Of a stretch of DNA of 64,000 nt, positions 39,451-55,000 are shown piece by piece. Origin of the DNA: Eledone cirrhosa (lineage: Eukaryota). The stretch lies in the NCBI GenBank assembly GCA_964016885.1, contig OZ024741.1:83824001-83888000 (forward strand), read 5' to 3'. Below the pieces are notes generated by a model that saw nothing but the letters and a program-made list of their open reading frames with translations, made no database searches and was not told the DNA's origin. The position numbers were made by a program, and so were the translations under genes. Position 1 is the first letter of the stretch. Each line of letters opens with the position of its first letter.

Positions 39451-42400
39451 ATATATATATATATATATATATTTACATGTATATATATGCTATATCTATT
39501 TTTAAAGTGTGTACTGATGGAATGTTAATATCATCATCCTCATTATCATCATAATCATTATGTGAATATACATAATTCAACTTATTACATCCATAGTCCA
39601 ACTTACAAAATTTATTGAGTCGATTTCTCGAAGTACAATCGCAAGATATGTTGTATTGTCTTTAGTAAAAGTGAAAACCAACTTCTTTCCTATAGTATGT
39701 CCGTTATTGTTCTACAGCTCCAGAAGTGTTGTTTCATCTCCCATAATACACATGTCATTTTTGTTTTTGCCGTTTATGATGTTGCAGCTCACATCTCAAA
39801 AAATACCTCTCCTTTGCATTATTTATAGGGTTTCTATTCTTGTCATGAAAATCAACGTGAATTGAAACGTCATTCTCACAGGTCTAGTAATCACGCACAT
39901 GACCTTATTATCGTGAATAGACGCTAGCGACTGAGTATGTAGAAAGAAAGACTGGTTCTTATTTTCCTACAGTGCTTTCCTAAGTTCAATTAAGTAATTT
40001 TTAAGTTATGTGTCCGCATACTAGTTATTTTTATTAAATATCGCCCCTCGTGCTTCCGCTATTTTATATATTTATTTATTTATTGTTTTCAAAATCAGTC
40101 GAAGCATAATAGACAGAATTTCAAAAGAAATATGATTATGAAAGGGTTAAACAAAATTAAGAATATCCTATTTGCTAGCTTCTGACATTTAAATGTTTAT
40201 CAAAGATTGATTTTATTGAAATTAAATTTTGTATGATATATTAGAGGAGACTCTTTGTATTGGCAAATTAATATGTATATATATATATATATATATAAGT
40301 GTTTGTGTGTGTGTGTGTCAGTGTGTGTGTGTGTCAGTGTGTCTGTAAATGAGTTTGTGTGTATAACAAAAAGCTATGCTTTCAGACTTCTGTTGAAATA
40401 TATATTTACTTAGCTAGCTCTAGTAACTTCAGCTGAACTCGGCACAATAATTTATTTGAACAGACGAAATATAAACACAGGAAAAAGAATAGTTCTGCTT
40501 AGGAAGCTATTGAAATTTATAATCCTCTAGTTAACTCGTGTAACATCAACTGACCCAAACATTAAAAAATGCCTGAGTTCGTACAAATCATTATTGAACC
40601 ATCGAGCACTATAAGGTTAAACACTTCCAATGTTTAACAGATATATATTAAACTATATAAACGGCTAAAATTTATATTTGGAGAAGCAAGCCATAGATAT
40701 TTTCTAACGATGTTGATGTCTCTTATAGATTATTCGTATGAAATTCAATTGAATAATATAAAACAACATGCTAATAAAAGTCTTTATATCTGTGTTTATG
40801 TGTATGCGTGTTTGTGTTTATGTGTGTGTGTGTCTGTGTGTTTGTGTGTGTATGTATGTGTGTGTTAATATTTGTGTGTATCTGCTATGCATTAAAGCTG
40901 ATTAATATCATTACTAGAACAGATACATTTCACTCTTCTTCTGTAATATGTACTTTGTCTCCGTTTTGGTTAGGATTTAAAGTGCAGATGTTTGAGTTTC
41001 GGGAGTCATGATCATAAAATATGAATTTCAGTTCAAGGATCAGTGTGTCTCTTTCAATTTGACCTTTCTTCATTTCCCTACACGGACATAAAATTACTTG
41101 TAGCTCTAATTGAACGTGCCAGCCTTGCCTCAGGTTGCATCACGCCGAATGAGTGTGTGTGTGGAAAGTTGAGACCCTGACCATTAATTTCACGCGTTGA
41201 TTGTTCCGTTGATGAAGCAGTTTGAATACTCATTATCAGAACCGAACGGAGGGTCTACATACAGTGTTTCAACGGCTGTGGTCAATATTTACATGATTCA
41301 ATTATCATATATGCTTATGAAATCACCATATAAATTAATCTGACACAGACATTATTATGTTTTTTGATGTAGGCAAGGTCCACCAATTTAAACGAATGTC
41401 GATTATATCAACTCCGCTACGTCACTGGTGCTCAACTTTTGTCAACCACGGAAGAATAAAAAGCAATGTTAATTGCAGCAGGATGTGAACTTGAGACAGG
41501 AGAAATACTAAAGCATTATTATTATTAATCAGGCATCCTAACAATTCTGTCAATTAGATATGTGAGACTTTTCTTTGTTTATAATCTCCTATATTTATCG
41601 CATGTGATAATGTATAGTTTTGTGGTTTGAATAATATTTTTTATTATCATTTGGTTTCTCATTTCTTATATTCTAAATGATTTCAAGCAATGTTGTTTAC
41701 GCAGTGTCACTTTCCCCAAACAAACCATTGCGGCATTCTTTTTATTTTGTATATTTTTATTTCTATTATGTATTTTTCATTTCTATTCATGTAAAGGTTT
41801 TTGAGGGAACTGCTAAACTTGAATCTAACATAAAACTTAAATAGGAAACTAAATTTATATTCATAACACACATCTTAAAAATATCTTTAAATTACTGCAT
41901 AATATTCAAAATATAAGTATTGAGATTTGAATCTAATATAATGCAAACTTCATCGATCAATGTCATAATTCAAAGCAGGTTGGTAACCATGACAACATGT
42001 CTTATTTAAATATAATAAATATTTTTTTTGAAATATATATACGAGGCCCCCTTAGGCGAGGGAACCAATTAAGGAGAATCAATACAGGAAGACTGCACAA
42101 CCAGCAATACACAGAGATACAATCGCATGCATATATACATATATGTTTATATGTTTATATATATATATATATGGGGGGGGGGGGCGTGTGTATGTGTATA
42201 TGTATATATAATCATATATGTATGTGTGTGTGTGTATTTGTATGTGTAAATCAAATGGAAAGACTCGAGTAGGAATTGGCTATGAGAGAAGCGAGATATG
42301 AAGGCAGAATGGCCGTTGTTAGGTCGTCTAAAGATCAGAATTTTCTTTGTATTTGTTATGTATCTCGCTTCCTTTGTTCCATTCCTCACTCCTTTCTTTC

Positions 42401-42562
42401 CATTTGATTTATCACATTCCAACGAAACACAGTATTCTGTCCTCTTCCCTTTGTTTGTAACTACAATATTACTCTGACGTTACATCATTTCCACGTCTTC
42501 CGTACTTTATTACTTTTTGCTCTATTTCCCGATGTTCGATATCTGAGGCGACAGCGTCCCTG

Positions 42563-42940
42563 GTATTGGGTCGTTAAGTATGAAATTTGTAGAAGAAAAT
42601 GTTTGTTAATGCTTTATAAATACAAGGAATAGTTATATTCATCAAAGTATGCACCCGCATTGTCAATATTCTTTTGCCATTTCAGCAGTAGCTTCATCAG
42701 TCCGGTGGCGTAAAAGCCTGGTAATCGAGAGTCAATGAAATCTTGGAAGGCCTGTTATACAGCATTGGCAGAATTAAATTGTTTTCCTTTGAAGAGATTT
42801 TCCAAATTCCTGAAGAATTGGTAGTCAGTGGGGCAAGATCTGATGAGTATGGTGGATGATGGAGTACTTCTAACTCCAAATCCTGTAGTTTTGCCACTGT
42901 CATTTGTGTGATGTGTGGTATAGCGTTGTCGTGCAATATA
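42563..42940 (-). mobile_element. Mariner transposase C-terminal fragment
   Basis: HDNAIPH...LEVLHHPPYSSDLAP matches the mariner HDNA and YSPDLAP motifs. Confidence 0.85.
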
Positions 42941-43688
42941 TTCTGATCCCTTTTATCTCACACTCACGCTTCAAAATGGATGCTTCTCTGTGTCTGTCAC
43001 CAGCTGACTCCCTTATATTTCCTAACACAATCAATATTTCTCTATGGATGCTCTATTTGTTTTCAAAACGTTTAACGCCACGTTGTCCGATCCTGTTCTT
43101 GCCTGTCCATCATTCTATCAAAGGATTTATTTACAATATTTTGTGTTTGTCTAACTATCTTGTTTTTTTTGTCTGTGTGTCTTTCGCACATTATTTCTGT
43201 CTCTCATATTGTTCATCTCTTCCGAACATACCTACCGATAAACCGTGGGATTAGGGAAGTCACCTGAATATCAGAATTTTCTTCTTATTCGTTGTCTCTC
43301 AGTTTGATTTATTTTGATTCCCCACTAGTTGCTTTGTATTGAATTATCACACACTATTTGCTTTTCTCAGTATATGTTATATACGGCACCTTTTGAACAA
43401 GTTGGGCGTCAACAATCAACGAAATGTACGTATCTGGTATGGCGTCGTTGAATATTTATATTGGGACGAGTTTTAATATTCATATTCAAACTCGTCCCAG
43501 GGACTTGAGTTGTTGTACACCTTGGATATTATTCACATATTACTACTTCTACTATATATATATAAAACAACAAAGAAAGTGTGGTAAGGACCATAACGCA
43601 CCAGAGTACTCGACACTCAAGGTAGTAGAATGGGTAATAGGATCTACCTGTCGAAACGGCCGGAGCTCAGCCGTCGGGGTCCTGATTA

Positions 43689-43766
<78 letters not shown>

Positions 43767-43772
<6 letters not shown>

Positions 43773-43944
43773 AATAAGATAACAAGGACGATTGGTTACT
43801 CCTTCATTACGTGTATTGGTTGGTGGCGCGGGTTACAGAGTCGGGTCAGATAGAACCTTGAGCTGATCAGTGGCGAAACGCGCGTCACCAACCAATAAAC
43901 GTAATGAAGGGGTAACCAATCGTCCTTGATATCTTATTTCACTA
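43767..43944. repeat. Fold-back palindrome with an HHR 3' half
   Basis: About 70-bp arms; right arm begins GAAA-CGCGCG-TC-accaacc. Confidence 0.75.
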
Positions 43945-44042
43945 TAATACAATGTCTAGCTCTACACCTCGACACTGAAGTGAACCTAAACATCGAGTGC
44001 TCACCCGGGTGAACCTACGGTAACTCCAAGTTACACTCCCTG

Positions 44043-44093
<51 letters not shown>

Positions 44094-44216
44094 CTATATG
44101 GAAAGGGTCAGAACACACTCAGTTTGGTTTGGGCTGGTTTTCGCTTCTGTAAAGCAAATATATATATATATGTGTGTGTGTGTGTGTTTGTGTGTGCGTG
44201 TTTGTGTGTGTGTGTG

Positions 44217-44289
<73 letters not shown>

Positions 44290-44735
44290 GTCTCATCACA
44301 TATAAATGTTAAATATAAGCATTTTACATAGCAATATACTGAATTCAAAAAAACATACATTATATTTTTCAATAATTTCCTATTTCTCCTGGCAGTAGAA
44401 AGGGATGATCTCAAATTGAAATTTTCTCAACTTTACGTACATCACTGTATTACCACTTCAATTCCATAAAGAGAAATTAAAAATTCCGAAGAAAATTATT
44501 ATGTTTTTTACAAAATAAATAATTTTTCTTAGTAACTCATATAAAAATAAAGGGTTCTAATTTAGGTACAAGACGAGGAGTTTTGAGTAGAATGGAGCAA
44601 CACTACTAATTCTTATCTACTTCGAAAGAATGAGAGGCGAAGGTGGGATCTGTAACATGGACATTCAGAGACCTGGAAAATGTTCAAATTTTCAAATTTT
44701 CTTAAATAATCCCCCTGATTCTCATTGAAATAATT

Positions 44736-44933
44736 GTTTCTGATTTAGGCATAAGGCCAACAATTTTGGGGGAGGGGAAAGTCGATTAAATCGACCCCAG
44801 TGGTGCTTTATTTTATCGGCCCCGTAAAGATGAAAGGCAAGGTTAACCTCGGTGGGATTTGAACTCAGACCGTAAAGGGACGTAACTCTATGCTGGAAAG
44901 CAGGGTGTCTGACTCTCTACCGATACTGACCGG
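44736..44933 (-). mobile_element. Meta-like tRNA SINE with 17-bp target-site duplication
   Basis: B box GAGTTCAAATCC; TSD cct(g/a)attctcattgaaa at 44714-44730 and 44934-44950. Confidence 0.85.
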
Positions 44934-45050
44934 CCTAATTCTCATTGAAACATCTTTAACCCGATTCTTATAGGATTTCAAATATTAATAATATATATAA
45001 TATTAATAATTGTTTCTACTTTAGGCACAAGGCCAGCAATTACCCAGTGC

Positions 45051-45107
45051 ATTACTGGTACTTTATTTAATATATAATTTATATATTTATATATAATATT
45101 ATAATAT

Positions 45108-45139
<32 letters not shown>

Positions 45140-45430
45140 ATATATATATATAATATATATATATAATATATATATATAATATATATATATAATATATATA
45201 ATATATATAATATATATATATAATATATATATAATAATATATATAATAATATATTACTGGTACTTTATTTAATATATAATTTATATATTTATATATAATA
45301 TTATAATATATATATATATAATATATATATATATATATAATATATATATATAATATATATATATAATATATATATATAATATATATATATAATATATATA
45401 TATAATAATATATATAATATTAATAATATT
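45051..45430. repeat. AT-only tract duplicated with a period of about 201 bp, starting inside a SINE 3' fragment
   Basis: attactggtactttatttaatatataatttatatattt at 45051 and about 45252. Confidence 0.75.
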
Positions 45431-45439
45431 AGTAAGAAG

Positions 45440-46175
45440 TGATGGAAAATTAATCTAGCAGTACCATGGAAACATTTCAGCGGAGGAAAAGAATACTATA
45501 ATATTGAGACGTGTTGAGAGTTGACAAAAAAGAGGAAAATGATAGCAATAATGATAGAAACATTAAGCTCAGTATCGAAAACTGATATTTAGAGGAATTT
45601 GGCACTTCACCAAATATAACCACAAAACTGCTTTGTTGGAAACTGCGAACCTTATGCGGAGAGTAATTTCAGTCGGAAGTTCATTTGACTTGATTGGGAG
45701 ATAACTTTTATCACCATACAAAGAACTGTGCAATCGTTGAATAATATGGGATTTCAGGATACAGAGAAGAAATTAGAACACAATGATGGACCTGACCTGT
45801 TGGTTTTGGACAAAGAAAAAAGATCGTGCCTGATTGTAGATGTAGCCTGCCCCTTTGACACAATTGTGCAGGAAGAGGAGAAGGAGAAAATTAACCGATA
45901 CCAGGATTTAAAGTGGGAATTTTAAAAAGATTTGGGACTGTCATGAGATCAAGGTCGTCACGATTGTTATAGGAGCACTAGGTACTATCTGAAAGAGTTT
46001 GCAAGGATGGTTAAAGAACATTAGTCCAGACCCATTCTTTGGAACACTTCAAAAGGCATGCTTGTTGGGAACAACAAGAACTCTCTGATACGTCCTGAAT
46101 ATCCAAGCTTGCAGGGAGCGGCTTCATGTTCATTTGAACAAACTTTCCAGTTAAATAACATTAATGACCGAGAAT
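45440..46175 (+). pseudogene. Degenerate RLE (R4/Dong-type) C-terminal fragments
   Basis: PDLLVLDKEKRSCLIVDVACPFD..EKINRYQDLK; IVIGALG; QKACLLGT. Confidence 0.7.
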
Positions 46176-46202
46176 CCAATAACAATAATAATAATAATAA
46201 TC

Positions 46203-46374
46203 GTTTCTACTTTTGGCACAAGGCCATTAATTACCCAGTACATTACTGGTACTTTATTTTATCGACCCTGTAAGGATGAAAGGCAAAGTTAACCTCGGCG
46301 GGATTTGAACTCAGTCCGTAAAGGGACGTAACTCTGCTGCAATGCATGGCGTCCGCCCCTCTACCGATACTGCT
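46203..46374 (-). mobile_element. Meta-like tRNA SINE in (AAT)n
   Basis: Same family as 8903-9078; B box GAGTTCAAATCC. Confidence 0.85.
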
Positions 46375-46386
46375 AATCAAACATGC

Positions 46387-46421
<35 letters not shown>

Positions 46422-46422
<1 letters not shown>

Positions 46423-49400
46423 TTTCTTTATTAACCACAAGTAGACATTAAGGACAGTACAGGACAATACAGGGCGGTACAAATGGGCATTTCTGCGTGT
46501 AAAAAACAAAAACAGAGGATGTAACAAAAAAATAACACTGCCTGCCCTTCCCGACTAAAGGAAGAGGGCGGGGCAATCCTCACGATGGACTTAGATAATA
46601 GCCGGATCCGTCCTACACGTGAGAGCAGGTGTTCGACATAAACCCACAAGTCAGCAATGCTCGGACAATGGACGAGTGCGTGCAGGACGGTTTCGTCGCC
46701 CTGGGCGGATCTCGGACATGCCAGACTGACGGCACCTCCATGCCTGTAGAGTTTATCCCGAACTGGCAAAGCTCCCCGGTAGCACTGCCAGGCCAGGGAT
46801 TTCTGGAAGTTGTCCATAGGCCACGGCCCGAAAGTTCTTCCGAAGAGATTGGGTATTTGATTTTCGTCGACGCCTAGAGTTTCCCCAAGTAAGTCGTCGC
46901 TCTTCCCCTCCACTAATCCCCTATAGAACGCCAAGGTGGAGTTTCCACCGATCGCATTGCCCGATTGGTCGAGGGCTGTGAGCGCCTGAAGACATTCCAG
47001 TCTCTAAGTGCTCCCTCTCGGTCTTCGCTTGACCCAGGACTGCAGCTCCGTCAAGGAGACGAGCTGGGGAAAGACGTGATCACCGTCAAGGAAGAGGTGG
47101 AGATGTCGTAGCCTGAGCGCATGTCTGCGCATCATCAGCCACGGCATTCCCAGCCCTCCTCGTAGCGGGTGTTGACTGCAGATGGACCGCCTGGCCATCG
47201 GAGCGCGTCCCTTCTACATAAAGCGAAAGAGCAAACGCTCTAGCGCAGTCAGGCGGGGATTAGGACAAGGTACGACGGTCAGGCGGTAGTAGATGACGGA
47301 CGCGATATACGCGTTAGCCACTTTCGCTCGACCTTTCAGGGATAGCTTCCTCTCGGCCCATTTCTGGGCGAGACAAGCCACCCTGCTCGTCACCTTGTCC
47401 CAGTCTTTGTCCGTCTGGAGATCCGGACCGAAACAGACCACGAGCAATTTCACTGGTCCGTCCGTCCAGCGCCCGACGACGCTGTTGGACGGCATGGACC
47501 TGCCTCTCCAGGTGCGCAGCTGCAGGCCCACTGACTTTTCCTGGTCGATCATTGCTCCTGTCAACGCTTCGTATTCTCTTAGTGTAGTGCCGATCGCCTC
47601 GATGTTTTTGGCGTTCGACACCACTACGGTGACATCGTCCGCATATGCTGACCCGGATCTTCCGCATCCTAGTTCGCGCGGGATTCCCCTCAACGTCTCC
47701 AGTTTGTGCAGTAATGGCTCGAGAGTCAATACGTACAAGAGGGACGAGAGGGGACATCCTTGGCGGACCGAGCGCATGATGTTGAACGGTTCCGAAAGGT
47801 GACCGTTCACTCTCACCACAGAGCAGATGTCGCTGTGCATGGCAGCGATCCAGCCTCTGAAGACGGGCCCAAAGCCAGCCGCCCTGAGGACTGCCGCTAG
47901 GTAACGATGGACGGCCCTATCGAAAGTTTTCGACTGATTTAAATTGATCAAAGACCCACCCGTGCCAGGTTCCTTAGCTAACCTCTCTACGATGTATCGC
48001 ATGAGGTGGAGGTTGTCGGGGATGGATCTGTTGGGAATGGCGAATGTCTGCGCCTCTCCCACCAGACCACCAACGACAAGCGCCAACCTCTTTGCTAGCA
48101 CCTTGGCCAAAATCTTGAACTCTGTGTTTAGCAGAGTTATGGGCCTAAAATTATCTATGTTATCCCCCTTGTTCAGATCCTTTCTCAGCAGCGCCACAGC
48201 TCCTCGGCTCACAGAGCTGGGAATTCTCCCGTTCTGTTGCCAGTTGCAGTAGACGTCCGCCAAGAGGCCTCCGAACAAGTCTGGCATCTGTACGTAAAGT
48301 TCATAGAGCAGACCATCCAAACCAGGCGATTTACCCCTTGTGCAGCTAGTCATTGCCTCCCGTACTTCAGCGGCTGTTATCAGCTTTTCGCAACACTCCG
48401 CCTCAGTGGCCGAGAGCCGCGGCAGTCCGTCGAGGTAGACACTAAAGTCCATCCCTCGACCCGGCCCACCGCTTCCCCCGATCAGCTGAGCGAAGTGTCG
48501 CTGAAAAGCTTCACACATTTGCTCGGGATCGAGTAGCATGCGCCCGTCGTGGTCCACCAAAGACCAGATCGTGGCTTTGTTGCCACGACGCGCCTCCGCC
48601 ACTCGGGCCCATTGAACGGCTTTCGTCCGCTCGTGTCTGAGAGCACGCACCCTAGCTCTGACAACGCAGCCTTCGTGCTTTGCATTGAAGAATTGGTCAA
48701 GGGCCAATTTCGCTGCAAGTACGTCGGTCGCGATGCCTTTGCTAAGCGCCTCGTCTAACTAGTTCTCCCTCTGCTCTATTTTTCTCTATTGCTAAAGCCT
48801 TACTAAACCTAATGGACTCTATTCTAATTGCTCTTTTCAGAGCAAGCCACCACGATCTTGTTGACCATGGCCCCCGTCAACGCCCGCTTAACTAGTTCGC
48901 TAATCCGGTCTCTGTAGGCCTTGCGCGCTGGTAAGGACGCGTTTAGCTTCCAGTAGCCGGGTCCTCGTCTATGAAGCCTATCTAAGTCAAGTACACAGAT
49001 CACGAATTTGTGATCCGTGTAGCTGACTATCTTGAATTGTGGACAGCCTATGCTAGACTTATCTATTTCTCTACAAAATACTCTATCTAGATATGATATG
49101 GATGACCCTATACGATTTTTCCAAGTCCACATTGGCACATTCGGGAAATCCAATCGGTACCTGTCAGACAGTTCAAAACGACTGAGCAGGTTGGTGATGC
49201 TCTTGCACCCTCCTCCCCTATCCGCTAATGCCACACAGTCCCATCGTGCATCTAAGATCCCGTTCCAGTCGCCCACTAACACTAAAAAGCGGGACGTTCC
49301 AATAAAGGTCTCCAGACGCCGGAATAAATCAGGCCGCCCTGATCCTGTCGGGGCATAGACAGCCACTAGCCTGAAAGCTTGCCCGTCTCCGCTGGTCACG

Positions 49401-51980
49401 TCCAGCACCACCAACCTACCTTCTGGGTCCAGGAAGATGGCCCGTATGGCGAGATCCAAACCTCTCCGACAAAGCACAGCAACTCCGCCCCCTGATCCAG
49501 GACGGCTGGGAGATGCGTACACATCGTAGCCGCCGAAGATCGGTGCGAAGGTCCGTGCTTCGGGGGATTCTGGTCTCGCTGATGGCCACTACATCTATGT
49601 TTAGTGACCTGAAGTCGTTTGAGCAGGTGACCCTGCTTCCATGACGACCCCAAGCCACGCGCATTTATGCTGCCTATTTCGTAGAGGAAGGATGGTTTCT
49701 CCATCCCTTTTTACTTGATCGTCTGGTGAAGGGACCGTTGAATCGTCCCTTCGGCTGGTCGTCGGCTCTTCTATAAGTATGTCCGAATATAGTCTCCGGT
49801 TGAGAGTCCCTCCTAGGTCTCTAAAATCACCAACTGCGTTGGGGAATTTCGTTATTATGTTTGTGTATTGTTTCTGTGTTATTCTTACCAGTCTTATGTT
49901 CGTTGGTGTTTTGATTGGTGCTGGTATTATGCAGTCGTACTGTGAAATGTCTGTGTGTTCAATTATGTAAGTCATTAGTTTCTTGTTGTGTGTATTTATT
50001 GCTGTGCATTTGTTTTTCTGGGTGGGCTGTGGTTCTGCTACTTTCTTGTCATTGTTGCTGGATGTGTGTGTTTTGTTGTTGTGTTTGAGATGTTGGTGCT
50101 TGTGGTGATGGTGTTGAAGGTGTTGTTGTTGTTGGCGGTGGGGTTGTCGCCGGTGGTGATGGTGGTGCTAGTGTGGGTGGTGATGGTGTTGGTGGTGTTG
50201 CTGCTGTGAGTCTCTTTGCAGTAGCCTTTACCCTTTTTTCATTTCTTTCCTCCTTTTTCGAAGGCGTCGATGCGCTGCTTCTGCGTTTGTGCCTTCTTGC
50301 GACCTTTTGCCATCCCTCTCCCACCTCACACTCCATGTCTGATTCTGTGAGGTCGGGGAGGGGTACCAGCTCCACTCTTTCACTTATTGTTGTTGGTGAT
50401 GTTTGCAGTGGAGTCTCTGTTGCAGCTGCAGTTGGTATTACTGTTGTTGCTTTAATACGTCCACTGCTGCTGCTGTTCTTGATTTCCGTGGCATGGGTAT
50501 GGGTGCCACGGACCTATCGTTCCTGGTTGTCGCTTGTCCTGTTGTGATAGCTGTGGAGCCGGTTTCAGAAGGATGGGGGTTTTCTCCTTTCTCAGGGTCT
50601 TCTCGTTGAGAAGGCCCTGAGGTGAGTCTTCGATCCATAGTGAAAGCATTTCGGGCGTTTGCCCTCATCACTTATGGGCAGTTGAGTGCCGTTATCGAAG
50701 TCTATCACATCCGAAATAGCTTCGATGCACTCCTGGTTGGTTCGTATTATCATCTCAATGGAGGTGCCGACCGAATCTTCTCTTACTTTTTTCTGTACTT
50801 GCAGTACAGTTGTTTTGTCCTCGATTCCGACGAGGACAGACGCAGCCAGCCAAGAAGGGGCCATACCGGGGGGTACGTGGGTCAGTTTGACCCTCACAAT
50901 TTTTTTCCCGCAGTAGGAGGGCACCAACACCATTTCCTCGCTCCTTAGGGTCACTAAGGATTGAGCCTTTGCCTCCTGGGGTGTGGCAAAAAGCACGTCT
51001 ACGGTGGCATATTTCTTGCCTCGGGTGATATGCGTTTTACGCTGCCACACAGACCCTAAGGCCTTTTGTATTTGAGCCTCTGTGGCTCTTTCAACCCTAC
51101 GGGATTTTGTGCTTACTGTACGGTACGTGACCGTACAGTGCTGTTGGGATTTCGAAAAATGTTTCGGCTGCCTTGCAGATTGCTCGGTGTCCGGTTTTCG
51201 TCTCCATCTTCTTTGCTTCCTGTAATTCCCCATTTGTTATGAGGATGGTTTCCATGTTCTTTGCGATACCTGCAAACGAGATTGGTCTTTCTTTGCTGCT
51301 GTTGTTGTTGTTGTTGTCGTCAGAGCTGCTGTTACTTTTGTTGTTGCTGCAGGTACTACGACTACTGTCGCCGCCGTTGTTGCTGTGGTTGTAGTTGTTG
51401 TTGCTGCTGCTGATGCTGTTGCGGCTGCTACTGTTGTTTTCCTTGTCACTGTGGCGGCTGCAGCTGCTGTTATTACGACTGCTACTGCTATTATTCATGA
51501 CGTCAGACGAATGAAATGGGTTTTCGTATTTACCGCACACCTTTTTCGTCGTTGTAGTCGTCGTGGAGAAATGTTCCATGTTTTGCACGTGATTTTGGAA
51601 ATTATTTTTCTTTACTGGCGTCGCTTGCGAAAGAGAAGGGAGGGAGAGAGACACATTTAAAGAAGGGAGGGAGAGAGACAATCTTCTCTCTGCTGTAGTG
51701 ACGATTGAGGAAGAAGAAGACAGAATGAGTGGGAGTGACTTGTGAAAATTCTTTTTTGTAGCCATCTTTCTTTTTGGTTTATAATAATTATTGGACACAA
51801 AACCCAAATAATCGGTTATTTAACTCCGAAGGGCCAAATAACGGGCAGAATGACCCCTATCACGAGGAGGACGGTGTTTTTGTCTACAGTTTGGTCAAAG
51901 TTTTAAACAATTTACAATTGTTATAGCGGTCAAAATTTACAATACCTTACAGAGTCAAACCTCCGTCAACCATGGCATTC
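46422..51980 (-). mobile_element. Near full-length Tx1/L1-clade LINE (ORF1 about 51807-49700, ORF2 about 49704-46530), disrupted, flanked by (AAT)n
   Basis: ORF1 with degenerate zinc knuckle (KCFHYGSKTHLRAF) and N/S- and T/P-rich tracts; ORF2 SINARGL, GDWN, YLDR, TDH, GYWKLN, FRPITLLN, RQGCPLS, AYADD and C-terminal CPR..ET..HAL..C. Confidence 0.9.
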
Positions 51981-52061
<81 letters not shown>

Positions 52062-55000
52062 TATAAGGGAAGAAGACGCATGAGGTGGTAGAAGGTCATG
52101 AAATCACTCCCGTAAGTTTTTGATTTTTAACATATTTAAATTAATTGTGAAATAACAATTCTTAGTACAAATGTTGCATAAACCACCGAATGAGGTCCCA
52201 TAAAGTTTCGGATCCATATTATATTGTTGTATCGCTCAAATATTCAATTTTGTATTATATATTTTGTATTAAAAAAAAGAAAATGGTTATAAATGGAAGA
52301 AAACACCCTCTGTCTACACTATATAGAACAGCCAAATAACAGCAATTTCACCAACACCAGAAACTTGATACACCACCTATCCCATCACACTAAATATAAC
52401 AGCCAGATAACGGCAATTTCACCACCACCACAATCAATCCCAGCATCATAATAATAATTACTATTATTATTGTCTCAAATTTTAACAAAATGTTTAATTC
52501 CAATTTTACGGGAATATGTCAACACAATATATAATAAAAATATATATTAAACATACGAACACAAACTCATAGATACAACATATCAGTAACCACAACGCCA
52601 CCGCTGACACGACTCCACCCCATCCATCACTGCTACCACTATCCCATCGCCGCCGCCACCACTCCTTCATTGCTACCACCACTATTCCCCTGTTAACTTG
52701 AGAGAGAAAGGGGAAGGTGGCGGTATCACTAGACAAGGGAGAGGCTAGAAAAAGATATAAATAGATTGACTTAGTGACCTGGCCACCGGCCAAACGTCAA
52801 CATCAACAACTATGGGACTGCTGGCTCACCCCTTCCTCACCAACAATATAAAAAGCAGCGGCACCACCACCGACATAGCCAACAACAATAACAGCCAACT
52901 ACAACAAAAAGTATATTATATTATTGTAATTCACTGGGTGATTGCTGGCCTTGTGCCTGGAGTGGAGACAGTTATTAATAATTTCATTCTTAAGCCACGC
53001 AATGCTCACATTAAGGAACCACTCATGATAATAACAATTTTAAAAAAACAACAAAAAGAAAACCCTGTGACCAAAAAATACCTGGATGGCGGCCGGCGGG
53101 GAATAGCCGTGTCTCTAGGGGAGAACGACCCTTCTAGTCTTGGTTGACACTCGTTCTAAAAGTGGTAACACGAAATGATTACCCCTTGGTGGATAAGGAT
53201 AAAACGCGACAAAATAAAGTAAATGTCTAATGATAAAATCTCATACCGGATCGGCCGTCACCCGGGTAAAAAAGGGCCGCGTCCCTCAGAGAGGAACCAG
53301 ACTGGGGTCGAAAAATCAGCTAATGGTTCAAACCTTCCCATAACTTCGGAGCTGGAGACCTCCCATAACCGGAATACTCCTACTGTTGGCCCTCCATGCT
53401 CACCACCAAGAAATCTAAAGAAAAACAGAGAAAAATGGTCAAGGGAAGATAATAAAGAAGTCCTTAAGGCTTTCTACACTGCCATGTACTACCCATCAAA
53501 TACATCGAATACAGAACAGACATATATCAACTGTTAAAAGAAACATCCCGAAAACAGAGGCTATATTGACAGTAACAAACTAGCCAATATACGAAGAAAT
53601 ATTGTAAGAAAAAAGTTACTAACTGATATAGAAATTGATCAGATCAAGCTATTAGCACAAAGTCAGCGAAGGGAAAATGAAACATGTGTCAGTGAAAACG
53701 AGGTAAACTGTAACACTTCGAATCCCAGGGTTGGGGCGGAATCACTGGCAACAGAACAAATTAAAGAAAGGATCGAAAAGTGGAGGGAGTGCATACTCAG
53801 GATGAAACTCCAAATGAAAATAATGAGATCGTAAATGATAAAGAAATGAATGAGAATGAACTTGCCAACTTGAAGGATGAAATTATGATCGAATGGATGA
53901 AAATGAAAGAATTGAACAGGGGGCAACGAGACACCCTCCCTAAGATTCACAACTCCAAACAGAACCAAAAGATAATACACAAGACTAACATAATTCTCAA
54001 AAACATTATCATCACAAACAAACTAAACATTACTGATTTAAATCATCTCTATTATGCATCGGCTAAAGTCACCACTCACTTATGTGGAGTGAAGATGAAA
54101 AAACAAAGGAATTCCCACAAGAAATCTACTTGGCAAGAGAACATCAATCGCCAAATAAACCTTCTCCGATCTGACATAGAAATTTTAACAAACTATAAAG
54201 TAGGTGAACATCTTAAACAAACTAAACTTAGAAAATTGAAAAAAAAGTACAGTATAAAATCAACATGTGACATAGACATGCTGATAGAAATAATCAAGCA
54301 AAAAGTGTCGGCCAAAGCTGCTCGTATAAGGCGCTTTGAAAAACGATCTAGATTCTATAAGGACAATAATATGTTCAAAAACAACCAAAGAAACTTCTAC
54401 AGAAAAATTGGTAAGTCAACAATAACTGCTAAATCAATACCACCCAAGGAGGAAGTGCAAGAATTCTGGGAAAAGATCTGGGCCGAAGAAAAAGTTCATA
54501 ACATACATGCCCCATGGATAGACAGACAAATGAAAGATACAGCTCACCTTCAGGAACAAATATTGGAAAATATAACAGTTGAACAGTTGCGTTTGGCTCT
54601 AAGAAAAACCAACAAATGGAAATCCCCAGGAAAAGACAAAATACAAAACTTTTGGATAAATGCCTTCACAGAGTCTCATGAGCTGTTAGCCCAACTTTAC
54701 ATAGAAATAGTTAAGGAGCCAGAAAAGATACCATCATGGCTAGTTAACGGCATTACATTCCTGCTTCCGAAGAATGATGAGACAAACAATCCCAAAAATT
54801 ACAGACCGATAACTTGCTTGACCTCAACGTATAAAATGTTAACATCAGTCCTAACTGAATACACATATGACCACCTGATAACAAATGACCTATTTCCCAT
54901 TGAGCAGAAAGGGTGTAAACGAGGCTCATATGACTGTAAGGATCAGCTTCTGGTTAACAAAATGATACTGGAAGATTGTCATAATAGACACAAAAATCTA